Positions 39,947 to 50,646 of a stretch of DNA of 64,000 nt are shown in pieces; position 1 is the first letter of the stretch; each line of letters begins with the position of its first letter. The position numbers and the translations under genes were made by a program. The stretch comes from an uncultured Nitrososphaerota archaeon (GTDB lineage Archaea; Korarchaeota; Korarchaeia; Korarchaeales; Korarchaeaceae), in NCBI GenBank assembly GCA_964618805.1, contig CAZUBM010000012.1:1-64000 (forward strand), written 5' to 3'. The notes beneath the pieces were generated by a model. The model saw only the letters and a program-made list of their open reading frames with translations. It ran no database searches and was not told the origin of the DNA.

Positions 39947-42900
39947 TTATGGATCTGGGGCAAAGCTATGATAGTAGTCAGTCCTATCGGTGAAATCTGA
40001 GGCAAGAGCAGAGATCATAGTTTTAGCTTCCTTATACTCACCCATGCCGGGGTCTTCGAATTCATAAGGGGCATCAAACTTACCGTTCGTTGGATCTGCA
40101 TGTATCCAATTTCCTTTTATGTATACCTCAGCAAAATCATGTCCACGTTCTTCTTCTATTCCATAGCTGAAGAAAACAGATGAGACGAAGCGAGCTTTTA
40201 TACCAACAGCTCTGCACATCCCAACGAAAAGAATAGCGTAGTCGGTGCAATCACCTAGAACATTTCCGTAGCCTTCCTCTTTAATCTGTTTCCATAACAT
40301 ATAGAAATAAGTAGGCTGTCTGCTGGAAGAAGAGTTGTCATATTTAATCGCTCCCTGTACCCAGTTGCAAATTTCCCTGGCAAGTTCGTACTTATCTCTT
40401 ATATCCCTCCATCTTGTCTCTACAAAGGTCTTGACCTCGTTTCTTAGCTTGTTATTAATTTTCAAACACAACACACATGACTCGAGTTGTATATTATATA
40501 GAAATTGTATAGCACCCCAATCTATCTGAAGACGACGAAGACTTTCGTGGTTGTACACGCTAATCGTCCTGGTTTCCTCAGCCGTATCTCCAGCAGAGGT
40601 ATTAACCTTTACGCGATATTGAACTTTTATCTCGCTGGGCAATTTTCTTTGGATGATATCACCTATCTCAACAGTAAATACGAATTCTGGAGCGGTAACT
40701 CCTTCTATGCTCTTGGTAGAAGGTGATCCCTTTACAGTAATATTGCTAGTATCAAAAAGAAGTTCGACAGTCATTCTATTGCTAGGATGATTTTTAGCCA
40801 AGGAAACAATCACTTTCACACGAAACGAAGTCCACTCTTCGTAGAACTTAGTCCTATCGAAAAAGACGCCGATTCTTTTGATTTCAGCTTCTGGTTTAGG
40901 TTTCTTCTCCTCCACAATTAACGTGACAGTAATAGTCCTTTCTTTCCCCCCGCTCTCCCCCCTTATGGTAAGCATGTAAGTTCCCTTAGGAGTTTCCTTA
41001 CTCGTCGTTATCGTCAGCTTCGAGCTGAAGCTTGGTTCACCAGATTCTGGGTTAAAGAAATAGGTTGTGCCAGGAGGCAATCCAGTAACGCTTAGATGAA
41101 CGGTTTTAGGAGTACCGCTTTCCAGCCTCGCTTGAACATCGTAACTCGCGCTTCCCCCTTGCTCCACCTTTTGGCTTGGTGGGCTCGCTGAAAGGCTGAA
41201 ATCGAATATCAGCTTTAGAACCAATGTTATCTCCTTTGTCTCCCCAGCTTCTATGTCAAACTCCTCTTCTCCCTCGTAAGGATATCTTACTGCCTTAACC
41301 TTATGATGTCCAGGAGCTACGTGAAGAGTCATCCAACCATCCTCAGTATCTCCCTTCTCAACCCCATCCAGGTATATCCTAGCAGTCTTTATCGTCGTTC
41401 CCTTCTCATCAACGACGTGGACGTGCACTATCCCTACGTTAGCCTTCACCTCTATCTTAACCGAAGAGCTCCAATCGGATTCCGCTCCATCATCATCCTT
41501 CACCTTCACCTTCGCGTAATAATTTCCAGGCTCTGAGTAAGAGTGCGAGACCGAGCTTTGGGAGGTCCATCCAGACGTATGCCCGTCACCAAAATCGAAG
41601 TAATAGCTTACAACTTGACCGTCTGGATCGTAGCTCGATGAGGCATCGAAGTTAACTTGCTCATTAACGTTAACAGAAGTAGGCCAGGCCTCTAGGATTG
41701 CTACTGGAGGCTCGTTAGCTTGCAAAACTTCCACATAACAGGAGTCGAGCACCTGTCCTTCAGGACCAATCAAGTGGAATATCCTGTAGCCTGCAGGCTC
41801 TCTCATATATTGTTCGGTCCTATATGTTGTGCCTGGTTTAGGAGCCTGGAACATATCGAGCAGCTTCCAAGTTCCGTTCGGGAACTCACTGTAAATCTTT
41901 ATGTATGCCGCCGAGGAGCTTACTTCGAAGTATATTTTTACGAGTTCTCCCACCTCAAAGGAACCGCCATCTTGATTAGGACCTTGTCCTCCCTTGTTAG
42001 TCCAGATGTCTCCGGTAAGCTCTTCCTCTTCGATCAGCTTAACGTATCCATCGTATTTATGATCCCTTGAGTAAATCCAAGCGCAAACAGCGTACTCCCC
42101 ACAATCGTACTCGTAATGCTTTGCGTAAACCTCGACCTTATCCCCTTTATGCAAAGGCCAATGGACATCGCACTCTGAGACGTAATCAGCTATATCAATA
42201 TGGGCAAGGTCACCAGCATCCAGCTTACCTTTGGGATCTGAAAGAACCTCGTCTATCCTCACAATCACATCGTACTGATTTGGAGGCTCTTCTTGAATAG
42301 TTCCCCTGAATTTCACGAAGTTCAGGGCAGAAACCGTAACGGTTATGGACTTAGTAGTTGAGAGCCCATCGCTTTGGTAAGAGGTAACGGTTATCGTGTA
42401 GGTCCCAGCTTCTGCGTAAGTGTGGCTTGCTGGGAACCAGTGGTCCTCCTCATGGCCATCCCCCCAATCCCAGTGTAACCTGATTATAGAGGCTCCTGGG
42501 GTTCCTGGGGTAGTTACCCCGTTGACGGTAACTGTAAGACCATCTATCTCCGGCTCATACAACGTAAGGCTTGGAGGTTGGCCTGCTGCCGTAACCTCTA
42601 CGTAACAGGAATCAAGGATCTCATCTCCTGGACCAACCAGATGGAATATCCTGTAGCCAGACGGTTCTCCCATTACCCCAGGGATCTGGTAAGTTGTGCC
42701 TGGCTCAGCCTGGCCCTCGCCCAGAAGCTTCCAAGTTCCGTTTGGGAACTCATCGTAAACCTTGACGTATGCTGCTGAACTTACTTCAAAGTATATCTTT
42801 ATGGCCTCTCCTACCTGAAAAGAGCCTCCATCCTGATTATACCCTTGGCCTCCCTTGTTAGTCCATATATCTCCAGATAGCTCCTTGACTAAGATGTTGA

Positions 42901-43774
42901 GATCATACTCCTTGGTGGCTGTACAGGATTCTTCAGGTGATTCGCACAGACAGCATGTTCCGCCAGGCGGGGTATGGCCTATACATCCAGACACAGTTAT
43001 CCTGAGGGTTACTAGTCCGGGCTTTAAAGCCTCCAGTGAGCCACAATATTCCGCGCCCATTTCTTCTCCAGGTGGAAGTTCTTGCGGCGGGGTTCCGCAA
43101 AATAATGGATGCGCTTTTAAGCTATCTCCCGGAGACCACTCAATGTAGAAATCGAGGTGCGGGCTTATGCATACTGAGCTCGAGCCAACATTCCTCACCC
43201 CAACTCCTATTCTAAATTCGTCTCCGACCCGCACTGGATAAGGCTCAATATACACATCCGTTATCTCTAATTTACATTCGTGTCTCTGTTCAACCACGTT
43301 TATCTTTATCGATTTTATGTCGTCCTGAACCCACTCTCCATCTTTCCAGTAGAAAGCGTGTATGTTTAGCTGCCAAGTTTTCGGCTCTGGTGGAGCAGTC
43401 AATGTGAATGAATATGTTTTTTGATCCTTTCCAGAGAGGACATCCGTACTATAAGCTAGCAAGGGGCCTGCGTGCTCATAAACCTGAATCATGACATCGG
43501 TCGATGCCGTGAAGGAGTAGTCAACGATTACATCTATGCTAAAAGACTGGTCTACATAGACCTCTGTTGGATAATCAACGTTAACTATCTTTATTCGCAT
43601 CTCCTCGCCAGCACCGCTAAACCAAAGGATCCAGGGGGATGGAAAAGAGCCTACAGGGTAGTCTTCTAAGCTCTCTTGGAATGTAGTTCTCTCAGGATTT
43701 GTAAAAACAAAAGCAGGAGCAATTGTGTAGGAAAACGAGATCAAAAACAAAAGGAAGGAAAGGAGCTTTCGCAA
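39947..43774 (-). CDS. Secreted multidomain surface protein: Ig/PKD and PEGA domains, C-terminal transglutaminase-like domain
   Basis: Signal peptide; WDWGDG and FDFGDG PKD motifs; duplicated GDIWTNKGGQG domain; GDCTDYA..GHDFAEV..ADPT triad. Confidence 0.85.
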   Translation of the reverse strand: MRKLLSFLLFLISFSYTIAPAFVFTNPERTTFQESLEDYPVGSFPSPWILWFSGAGEEMRIKIVNVDYPTEVYVDQSFSIDVIVDYSFTASTDVMIQVYEHAGPLLAYSTDVLSGKDQKTYSFTLTAPPEPKTWQLNIHAFYWKDGEWVQDDIKSIKINVVEQRHECKLEITDVYIEPYPVRVGDEFRIGVGVRNVGSSSVCISPHLDFYIEWSPGDSLKAHPLFCGTPPQELPPGEEMGAEYCGSLEALKPGLVTLRITVSGCIGHTPPGGTCCLCESPEESCTATKEYDLNILVKELSGDIWTNKGGQGYNQDGGSFQVGEAIKIYFEVSSAAYVKVYDEFPNGTWKLLGEGQAEPGTTYQIPGVMGEPSGYRIFHLVGPGDEILDSCYVEVTAAGQPPSLTLYEPEIDGLTVTVNGVTTPGTPGASIIRLHWDWGDGHEEDHWFPASHTYAEAGTYTITVTSYQSDGLSTTKSITVTVSALNFVKFRGTIQEEPPNQYDVIVRIDEVLSDPKGKLDAGDLAHIDIADYVSECDVHWPLHKGDKVEVYAKHYEYDCGEYAVCAWIYSRDHKYDGYVKLIEEEELTGDIWTNKGGQGPNQDGGSFEVGELVKIYFEVSSSAAYIKIYSEFPNGTWKLLDMFQAPKPGTTYRTEQYMREPAGYRIFHLIGPEGQVLDSCYVEVLQANEPPVAILEAWPTSVNVNEQVNFDASSSYDPDGQVVSYYFDFGDGHTSGWTSQSSVSHSYSEPGNYYAKVKVKDDDGAESDWSSSVKIEVKANVGIVHVHVVDEKGTTIKTARIYLDGVEKGDTEDGWMTLHVAPGHHKVKAVRYPYEGEEEFDIEAGETKEITLVLKLIFDFSLSASPPSQKVEQGGSASYDVQARLESGTPKTVHLSVTGLPPGTTYFFNPESGEPSFSSKLTITTSKETPKGTYMLTIRGESGGKERTITVTLIVEEKKPKPEAEIKRIGVFFDRTKFYEEWTSFRVKVIVSLAKNHPSNRMTVELLFDTSNITVKGSPSTKSIEGVTAPEFVFTVEIGDIIQRKLPSEIKVQYRVKVNTSAGDTAEETRTISVYNHESLRRLQIDWGAIQFLYNIQLESCVLCLKINNKLRNEVKTFVETRWRDIRDKYELAREICNWVQGAIKYDNSSSSRQPTYFYMLWKQIKEEGYGNVLGDCTDYAILFVGMCRAVGIKARFVSSVFFSYGIEEERGHDFAEVYIKGNWIHADPTNGKFDAPYEFEDPGMGEYKEAKTMISALASDFTDRTDYYHSFAPDP

Positions 43775-43888
43775 CCTTACCTTTAGTGTATCAAATTGAA
43801 TTTATTATAAAACTTCCGTTCTAGCTGCGCGCGGTTGAATGATAGAAAAAGAAGCATAAACTCTACTAATGTAAAGAGTTGAAATTTC

Positions 43889-46243
43889 TCACCTGAAAAT
43901 CGACGTTATAGGAGCTATAATTGCCTTAAACAACTTAGACAAAAACTGAGTTATGCCTTCAGCTTCCTTCACAACGAAGAAAGTGGCCATTCCTTCCCTC
44001 AGTTTTATTTCACTACTATGTATCGTTGGCATTGCCCAAAGCGTCATTTTTCCAGTTATTATTCCTTCAGGCATCTCGCAATAAGCTACTATTTTAACGT
44101 AACCGTTGTAAGCCTCCACCTCTGTGTTCTTTACCATTTTCTCTTCCCATCGATTACACTTGTTACCGTTCATCACCTTTCCCATCGTCAGCTCTTCCTT
44201 GCAAACGCATTCCAGGGTTTGGGCATCGCAGCTACAAGCTCTCCTTCCAGCGTATGGCAATTCAAAAACAATGCCATCGAAGCACGAATCCCAATCCTCT
44301 ATTAGCACGTTGCCAAAAGAATCCATCAGCTTTAAATCGTAGCTAACTTTCTTGCCAATAACGAAGCGTGAATCGTTGAAAGAAATAACGACGGTTACTA
44401 TGTCCCCTGGCATCAAGTTCTCATCAGGAATCATGTCAACCAGAGTAGGACAATCCTGCAAGCAGTTCTCTTGAGTCTCGCCATATTCGAACTCACACTT
44501 ACCGTTGGGGTTAGGACATGCTGGAATTGTTGTAGTTGTCGACGTCGTTGAGCTCGTGGTAGTCGAGGTTGTAGAAGTAGTGGTACTAGTCGTAGTACTA
44601 CCAGTTACTTTACAATTTGAGTCACAATCACTGTATCTATAATCCTTACAAGCGCATTCGATGTCGTAATCGACTAAACCAAGTTCACACAGGTTAACGA
44701 ACCCAGCAGAGTTAGCGTTTGGGTTATCAGGATCACAAAGATAGCAATCCAGAGCATCGTTTGGACAGTGGTAACAACAGTCACCGTCACCACATCCAGA
44801 ATCTGTTATGTGCTTTTCGCAAGCCACATCATGGAAACCAACTTCTCCTTTGTTCAAACAAACGTCCCAAAAGCTAGAGTAGCAAGCTGAGCAGGAACTC
44901 CAAGTACAGTCTGATTGGCAAGTTTGGATACCGCACCCATTAGCGCATGACTGGGTTGAACCAGGCGGGTCACACTCTTCTCCAGGGTCTACAACACCGT
45001 TTCCGCAAGACAGACAACCAGGATCGTCATCATCCGTAAGTCCGTCGCAGTCGTTGTCCTTGCCATCGTCGCAGTTGTTGTTCGCCACCGATTCGTCTAC
45101 GTTGTAACCCCCGCAGGAGCAAGAGCAATCTGAACAATCGTCGCTTGACCATATATAACAGTTACCGTTGTAACAGTAGTATTCTCTGTAATAGTCGCCG
45201 TAGCATCCATCAGCGTCGCTACAATCGTAAATATCACTCCAAAGAGACCATTCTAGACAATCATCGGCGTCATAATCTCCACAGGTACGTTTTTGGATTA
45301 CAGTACCGTAGCACCTGCGCTCTACTCGTCCTTGAGGAGAGCATTCGTCAGTACAGGAGATGCTCGTTGTCGAACCGGGTATAGTTGTTGTAGAAGTAGT
45401 GCTTATGGTTGTCGAACTCGTAGTTGATGTAGTGGTTGAAGTTGTCGTGCTCGTAGTGCTTGTTGTAGTAGTCGTTTTCTTCTTAGTAGTCGTAGTCTGA
45501 GGTTTTGTAGTCGTTGTAGAAGATGTACTTGGAGAACAGTAACAAGCACCAGCCGTCGTCGAACAGTAGCACTTATTGTTAATACACTTCAAATAACGAT
45601 AATTGCTACCGTACTGAAGACAATCGCAGGAGTTGTACTTACTGCAACAATCAGAATCTTTTATGCATTCTTTCCCAGGTGGGAGGGAAGTAGTTGATGT
45701 TTCTTCTTCACAGCTCGGGTCAGGATCGCATTTAAACTGTCCATCGTTGGGATTACAGCCAGGAGGATTACAAACGTACACTTTTTTCATCTCATCGTTT
45801 GCGCAAGGCGAAACTCCGCATCCCTTCTCTTCCCAGTTACAAACACATTCACCAGGTGGTTTACATGTATTATCCTTACACTTATAACCTTCAGGACAAT
45901 CTTTGTTAGTACAGCACTCTACTACTTTGTAATTGCATCTCCATCCACTGGATGTACAAGAAGCAGTTCCGTCGAACTTCCTCGGTTCTCCTCCCATAGT
46001 TATACATCTATCGGTACAAGTTGGTTTAGTATCTAGTTCATCGTATCCACAGAACCACCCGGCACATAGTCCATGGTAGAAATAAGCACAACCTTGAGGA
46101 GAGTAAAAACATAAATTACCACTCTCATAAGTAGGAGGACAGTTACCACATTCTATACCACTACAAAACACTCCGGCCGATACAAAGGGTGTGGAGAGAA
46201 GTACGTACAATAACAACACCATAAACGTAAACTTTCTAAACAT
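43889..46243 (-). CDS. Secreted Cys-rich, Thr-rich surface glycoprotein
   Basis: Signal peptide, dozens of Cys, poly-Thr/Ser linkers, CDDGKDNDCDGLTD and CGNGVVDPGEECD motifs. Confidence 0.82.
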   Translation of the reverse strand: MFRKFTFMVLLLYVLLSTPFVSAGVFCSGIECGNCPPTYESGNLCFYSPQGCAYFYHGLCAGWFCGYDELDTKPTCTDRCITMGGEPRKFDGTASCTSSGWRCNYKVVECCTNKDCPEGYKCKDNTCKPPGECVCNWEEKGCGVSPCANDEMKKVYVCNPPGCNPNDGQFKCDPDPSCEEETSTTSLPPGKECIKDSDCCSKYNSCDCLQYGSNYRYLKCINNKCYCSTTAGACYCSPSTSSTTTTKPQTTTTKKKTTTTTSTTSTTTSTTTSTTSSTTISTTSTTTIPGSTTSISCTDECSPQGRVERRCYGTVIQKRTCGDYDADDCLEWSLWSDIYDCSDADGCYGDYYREYYCYNGNCYIWSSDDCSDCSCSCGGYNVDESVANNNCDDGKDNDCDGLTDDDDPGCLSCGNGVVDPGEECDPPGSTQSCANGCGIQTCQSDCTWSSCSACYSSFWDVCLNKGEVGFHDVACEKHITDSGCGDGDCCYHCPNDALDCYLCDPDNPNANSAGFVNLCELGLVDYDIECACKDYRYSDCDSNCKVTGSTTTSTTTSTTSTTTSSTTSTTTTIPACPNPNGKCEFEYGETQENCLQDCPTLVDMIPDENLMPGDIVTVVISFNDSRFVIGKKVSYDLKLMDSFGNVLIEDWDSCFDGIVFELPYAGRRACSCDAQTLECVCKEELTMGKVMNGNKCNRWEEKMVKNTEVEAYNGYVKIVAYCEMPEGIITGKMTLWAMPTIHSSEIKLREGMATFFVVKEAEGITQFLSKLFKAIIAPITSIFR

Positions 46244-46874
46244 ATTTTACCATCCTTGTCATGTTCAAGTCGACAAATCCACCAACTTCTAACGTTCGAT
46301 TAACTATTCTTATGGTTATTCCGGTATCCTCACACCCGCATGTTTTCATTTCCACATTACAAGCGCTTTGTCTGTCGAACAACTTTGAACAAATAATCCC
46401 TGCTATCAGACTTAACTTGCTTTCGTCGTTTACGACTAATTTAGCCTTATCATCCTGAATAGAAAGTTCTAACGACGGATAGCAGGATATCCGCTCATCT
46501 TCTCCTTGACAATCGAACAGATCTATCAACCCATTAGTATAGGAGGAGCCTACTTTAAGGTCGATTCTCTTCACGTTTCTCATGTAAACGGAGTTGTTGT
46601 AAGTCATAGCTATTCTTCTTCCCTCTGGTAGGAGTTTATAATTAAAACATGCGTCACCGACGTTGCAAACGAAGCAAACTACCGAATCTTCAAAGTAGAA
46701 CTTTTTCGGCTTACAATCTATCAAAGATAAACGTTGTTCTACTGTTTCCTTCATGTAGTTTGTGAACCTTGAGTAAAGTTCTTCCAGCCTTCTGTGCTCC
46801 AAGAAACTTTTGATGTAAAAGGCAATTACAAAGGAAATAATAATGACAACCAAAAAAAGAAGCTTAACGTTCAT
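46236..46874 (-). CDS. Membrane-anchored Cys-containing protein
   Basis: N-terminal TM; overlaps downstream gene start. Confidence 0.7.
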   Translation of the reverse strand: MNVKLLFLVVIIISFVIAFYIKSFLEHRRLEELYSRFTNYMKETVEQRLSLIDCKPKKFYFEDSVVCFVCNVGDACFNYKLLPEGRRIAMTYNNSVYMRNVKRIDLKVGSSYTNGLIDLFDCQGEDERISCYPSLELSIQDDKAKLVVNDESKLSLIAGIICSKLFDRQSACNVEMKTCGCEDTGITIRIVNRTLEVGGFVDLNMTRMVKYV

Positions 46875-46905
46875 AAATTAATTTTAGCTTCCTTTAAGTA
46901 AAAAT

Positions 46906-48645
46906 TTAACCTTTTGAGTATCTCCTAAAAATGAATGAATCTGGGACATACGTTTCCCAATAATTATCTCCGAAAAAGCTAGCTGGTACCAACGAATAGG
47001 GCTGGGGGGACGGACTTGGATTTATGTTGTAAAAACTCAAGTTTCCGCTTTCATTCAAGAAACCAACTCCTGCATATATATGAAGTACTGTTTCATTATT
47101 TATAATCCATTCTTTATCCAACATAACAGGAATTCCCATAATTATCATTACTTGAGGTTCTATCTCTAAATCATCTATCCTTACCAATTTGACCCAATAC
47201 CTTTCTGGGATTTTTTTGAAACCCATTTTAATTATCTCATCAAACGTAGCGTTTATTCCCCAATAGTTAAGTATCGATGTAGCAACAGCCTCGTAGCATC
47301 CCTTCTTAGGATCCTTTTGGAACACAAGAGGAACGTCTTTTATAACAACTTCTCTAAACTCCAAAGGTATCATGCTCTCGTTGCAAGCAACGTTTCCGTC
47401 GGCGTCCCTAGCGTAAACCTTGAAAGGAATTGCTACGGTATCCCTTAACAAGGTTAATCCTCTCAACACGTCTCCTGTCAAATTGCTGAGCTCAAACTCG
47501 TAAGCGTAAGTTCCGTTTCCAAGGCTTTCCATCGTTCTGTTGCTTCCAAAGAGCTCTAGAGTAACGCTGCTTATGCCCATGTTTATCCCTTTCGGATCCT
47601 GAGCGTTTACGTAAAGGAACACAGAGATGGGTTTCCTAAACCTCAAATCCTGGTACTTGTAAACGTCCCCGGATATCGGAGCTGATTGAGCGTAGCCTAT
47701 TGAGGTTATTACTGGAGGAGTAGTCTTGAGGGAGTGTCGGTAAGCAGCATAGACCAACGGGACAGTAACAACCAAGCCACCAAGGATTACAGCCAAACCT
47801 TTCTTCAATCCCCCTCCCTTCTCCTCCTCAACCTCTTTTTCGTTCCTAACTTTTTTAGGCTTTGGTGGAACTACGGTTTCTCCATGAACCATCCTGGAGC
47901 TTAGTAATCCTATTACGTGATTAACTCTGTCCCAACAGTTCAAGAACGTTCTGTACACCGTTGGGTTGTTTTCCTCGATGAAGCTCAAGTATGCTTCCCT
48001 CTTATCAGGATCCTCCACATAAGGACCCAACAGACCTTTGCTCCTTTCGTCCGCCAGTCTCCAGGCAACCCTAGTCAGCAGCTCTAAGGAAGCATCCCAC
48101 CCATCTTCGTAAGTTCTTTTGATTTTACCCTTTTCTTCGAGGAGAAGCTCTGCTATTCTCCTTACGTCGTCCTTATTCAAAACCACAGGCTCTGTTTCAA
48201 GGAGTATATCCGTTTTCTTCGACAGCACTACTATACGTTCGACACCATCCAGGTAAAACCCCCTTCCAAAATCGAAGATCCCCCACAGTTCAGCCAGAAG
48301 CTTTTCCCTTAGTTGCCCTTCGATTGATGAGTAATGTCTTAACGCTGCTTCGTATTCCTCAAGACTGGAAAACTGCCTGTACCCTTTCCCAACTTTACCC
48401 ATTATCTCGAAAGGGATTCCACTCCTTTCGACTTTTCTTACGACATTTCGCACAGTTTTCAGACCTTCCACCGAGTCTAAGTAGAAGGTAAGTCCAGAAG
48501 GCCCCTCACAAACCCTGACGCTTCGCGTCCTAAGAATCTGTCTGTTCGTTTCTGGCTCTTCACTCAACCTATTCACAATATCGCCAAAGGAAATTTCGAA
48601 TACCTCTTCTTCATTTGGAACCATGCTCCCACGGTTCTTCTTCAC
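46906..48645 (-). CDS. Single-pass membrane protein with C-terminal C39-like peptidase domain
   Basis: Central TM; VPLVFQ..GCYEAVATSILNYWG..HIYAGVGF..NPS. Confidence 0.65.
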   Translation of the reverse strand: MKKNRGSMVPNEEEVFEISFGDIVNRLSEEPETNRQILRTRSVRVCEGPSGLTFYLDSVEGLKTVRNVVRKVERSGIPFEIMGKVGKGYRQFSSLEEYEAALRHYSSIEGQLREKLLAELWGIFDFGRGFYLDGVERIVVLSKKTDILLETEPVVLNKDDVRRIAELLLEEKGKIKRTYEDGWDASLELLTRVAWRLADERSKGLLGPYVEDPDKREAYLSFIEENNPTVYRTFLNCWDRVNHVIGLLSSRMVHGETVVPPKPKKVRNEKEVEEEKGGGLKKGLAVILGGLVVTVPLVYAAYRHSLKTTPPVITSIGYAQSAPISGDVYKYQDLRFRKPISVFLYVNAQDPKGINMGISSVTLELFGSNRTMESLGNGTYAYEFELSNLTGDVLRGLTLLRDTVAIPFKVYARDADGNVACNESMIPLEFREVVIKDVPLVFQKDPKKGCYEAVATSILNYWGINATFDEIIKMGFKKIPERYWVKLVRIDDLEIEPQVMIIMGIPVMLDKEWIINNETVLHIYAGVGFLNESGNLSFYNINPSPSPQPYSLVPASFFGDNYWETYVPDSFIFRRYSKG

Positions 48646-49030
48646 GATTATTTATTGGTTTTCCTACTACTTAAATATTTTGTCACGATTTAGTGGCAAT
48701 AATTAAAATTTATGATGCATATCTGATAAAAAGGAAGAATGAAAACATGGCTTTGAGATGATGAGAGAGTTACCGTCCGAGACTTTTCTGAAATTTTCCG
48801 CCATAGAGGGGATTAAGATTATTTTTTTAGGAAGAAAGTTTCGAATTAACAAGATTATTCGGTGATAACATGCAGAGGACAAAGGAGCTGGAGATTCAGA
48901 AGTAATCGTAATTTGTTGCGCACGCTTCCCCTGGTTATGAGGTGGTTGTGGAGAGACCTTGCTGCACCCTTTCCAATAACTCTGGTGATTGCGAAAAAGG
49001 AACTTATTATAGGGATAACTATTGAGATGA

Positions 49031-49894
49031 GTGCCTTTGGACCCATCTTTGCAGACCATATTCGTTGACCCTGTCAGAAAGGATGGCCTGAAATACGTGG
49101 GGGAATACGTCCGCGGTAGGTGGTGGAACGGATTCCTAGTGGGGAATGGCGTGCGTTACCAAGTTGTAAGAGGAATTCCAGATTTCGTCGGACTTCCTTG
49201 CCCTGAAGGACCTATTTTCAACAAAATAGAGCTTTTCATGCGTCTCTGGGATAACCTATGGGATATCTCAGAGGTAAGGAAGGCGTGTAAGGAGATAGCC
49301 TGCGTTGATGGGCCCCTCCTCGAAGTAGCTGCAGGACCAGGAGGTGGGTTTGTACCGGGGTTGCTTAGGCTGAAGCAGGACCTTATCATACTGATGAGCG
49401 ACAAGGACATGAGGGTTCTAGAGGACTGGAGATGCTTTTCTTCAAGGAAAAATGCAGTGGATAAGGCTGGTCAGATAAGTCTTTCTTTCTCCGCTTTTGA
49501 TGCCGAGAAGATGCCCATTCGTGACGGCAGCTTTTCCGCGGTCACCAGCTTAGGAGGTTTTAACAACATCGACAGCAACCAGATAAACGCTGTGAGGGAG
49601 GCTTTCAGAGTTCTGAGGAGAGGTGGCCTCTTATACCTCCTCGAGGGATGGTTCGAGAGGGAGGAAATATCAAGAACAATGCCTGAACTTGTTCGTTATA
49701 TAGAGAGGTTTTACCCGGGGCTATTAGGAGGCGAGAGCCTAGGATCCATATTAGAGGATGCGGGATTTAGGATGCTAGAAAGGCTTGAGATCTCTTCACC
49801 CTGGCTGAGGTACTATTCCAATCAGGTCCTCCTAATCCTCTCTTTTAACCGCTTGAAGCCGAAATTCTCCCTCATTAAGGCCGTCAAACCTTGA
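49031..49894 (+). CDS. Class I SAM methyltransferase with N-terminal Trm112-like segment
   Basis: YQVVRGIPDF; LEVAAGPGG; FDAEKMP; EAFRVLRRGG. Confidence 0.8.
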   Translation: MPLDPSLQTIFVDPVRKDGLKYVGEYVRGRWWNGFLVGNGVRYQVVRGIPDFVGLPCPEGPIFNKIELFMRLWDNLWDISEVRKACKEIACVDGPLLEVAAGPGGGFVPGLLRLKQDLIILMSDKDMRVLEDWRCFSSRKNAVDKAGQISLSFSAFDAEKMPIRDGSFSAVTSLGGFNNIDSNQINAVREAFRVLRRGGLLYLLEGWFEREEISRTMPELVRYIERFYPGLLGGESLGSILEDAGFRMLERLEISSPWLRYYSNQVLLILSFNRLKPKFSLIKAVKP

Positions 49895-49960
49895 GTTAGC
49901 AGAAATTCGGAGGATTGCTATAATTAAAAGCTTTTAAAAACCGAAATTAAAATAGAGAGC

Positions 49961-50236
49961 ATGACCATGAACTCTTACATTCATAAACTTGGACAATCTT
50001 TAATCAAAAATAAGAAAAAATTTGCACTGTATACTTTAGGTTATTTTGGCATCGGTTATATTGTTGCTACAGGAATGTGGCTTTACTCACATCCTGAATA
50101 TCTTTATTATGGTAAGATATACAAATTAATCAGAGATACTACTATGAACGATCAATTTTGGCTTGCAGTATTACTTTGGCCACTCGCTCTTTACTCTTAT
50201 ATTAAAGTTAAAGGTGGGTTTAAACTATGGGACTGA
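49961..50236 (+). CDS. Small membrane protein (cassette cargo)
   Basis: Two hydrophobic segments; AT-rich. Confidence 0.65.
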   Translation: MTMNSYIHKLGQSLIKNKKKFALYTLGYFGIGYIVATGMWLYSHPEYLYYGKIYKLIRDTTMNDQFWLAVLLWPLALYSYIKVKGGFKLWD

Positions 50237-50482
50237 GAGATATGTCCAAATAAAAAGGAAAATCGCATTATATGCCTTAGGTTATCTTGCAATAGGATAT
50301 GTAGTTACGCTAGGTTTGTATTTTTATCCAATCCTGGTTATTTTAAGCCATGTCCACCAACTGTAGCGCCATACAAGTGTACTGGTGTTATGGATTTAGT
50401 TAGAGATTTAGCAGTTAGACCTGATTTTTGGCTTCAAGTTTTAGTTTGGCCTTTGACACTTATTACTTATTTTGGTACTTAA
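50228..50482 (+). pseudogene. Disrupted paralog of the preceding small membrane protein
   Basis: KIALYALGYLAIGY.. and RDLAVRPDFWLQVLVWPL.. in different frames match KFALYTLGYFGIGY..RDTTMNDQFWLAVLLWPL. Confidence 0.65.
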
Positions 50483-50558
50483 TTCTAACAATTGTAATTG
50501 GCTCACCTCTGAACTCTTCGGAAGCCTTCAGCTTCCTCGCCCTCACTACGTTCGGGTC

Positions 50559-50646
50559 TGCTAAAGGAGGATATATGGCTTCGCTACGCTTCGTCCAAAT
50601 TTGCTCACTTCGTTCGCAAGCTTCACATATCCCCAAAACGTTATCG
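50559..50646 (+). other. attC-like recombination site
   Basis: R'' TGCTAAA, GGATAT/ATATCC arms, R' GTTATCG; 88-bp imperfect palindrome. Confidence 0.55.

Larger units (their letters stand above)
49895..50640 (+). mobile_element. Putative integron-type gene cassette
   Basis: Begins GTTAGCAGA; ends in attC-like site whose R'' (TCTGCTAAA) is its near-perfect complement; AT-rich cargo. Confidence 0.55.

Noticed and set aside
44530-45520. GTA/GTT/GTC-rich low-complexity tracts
   Set aside because: Explained by poly-Thr/Ser linkers of the 784-aa protein
48703-49068. Overlapping short ORFs
   Set aside because: No recognisable motif; probably remnant or shadow ORFs
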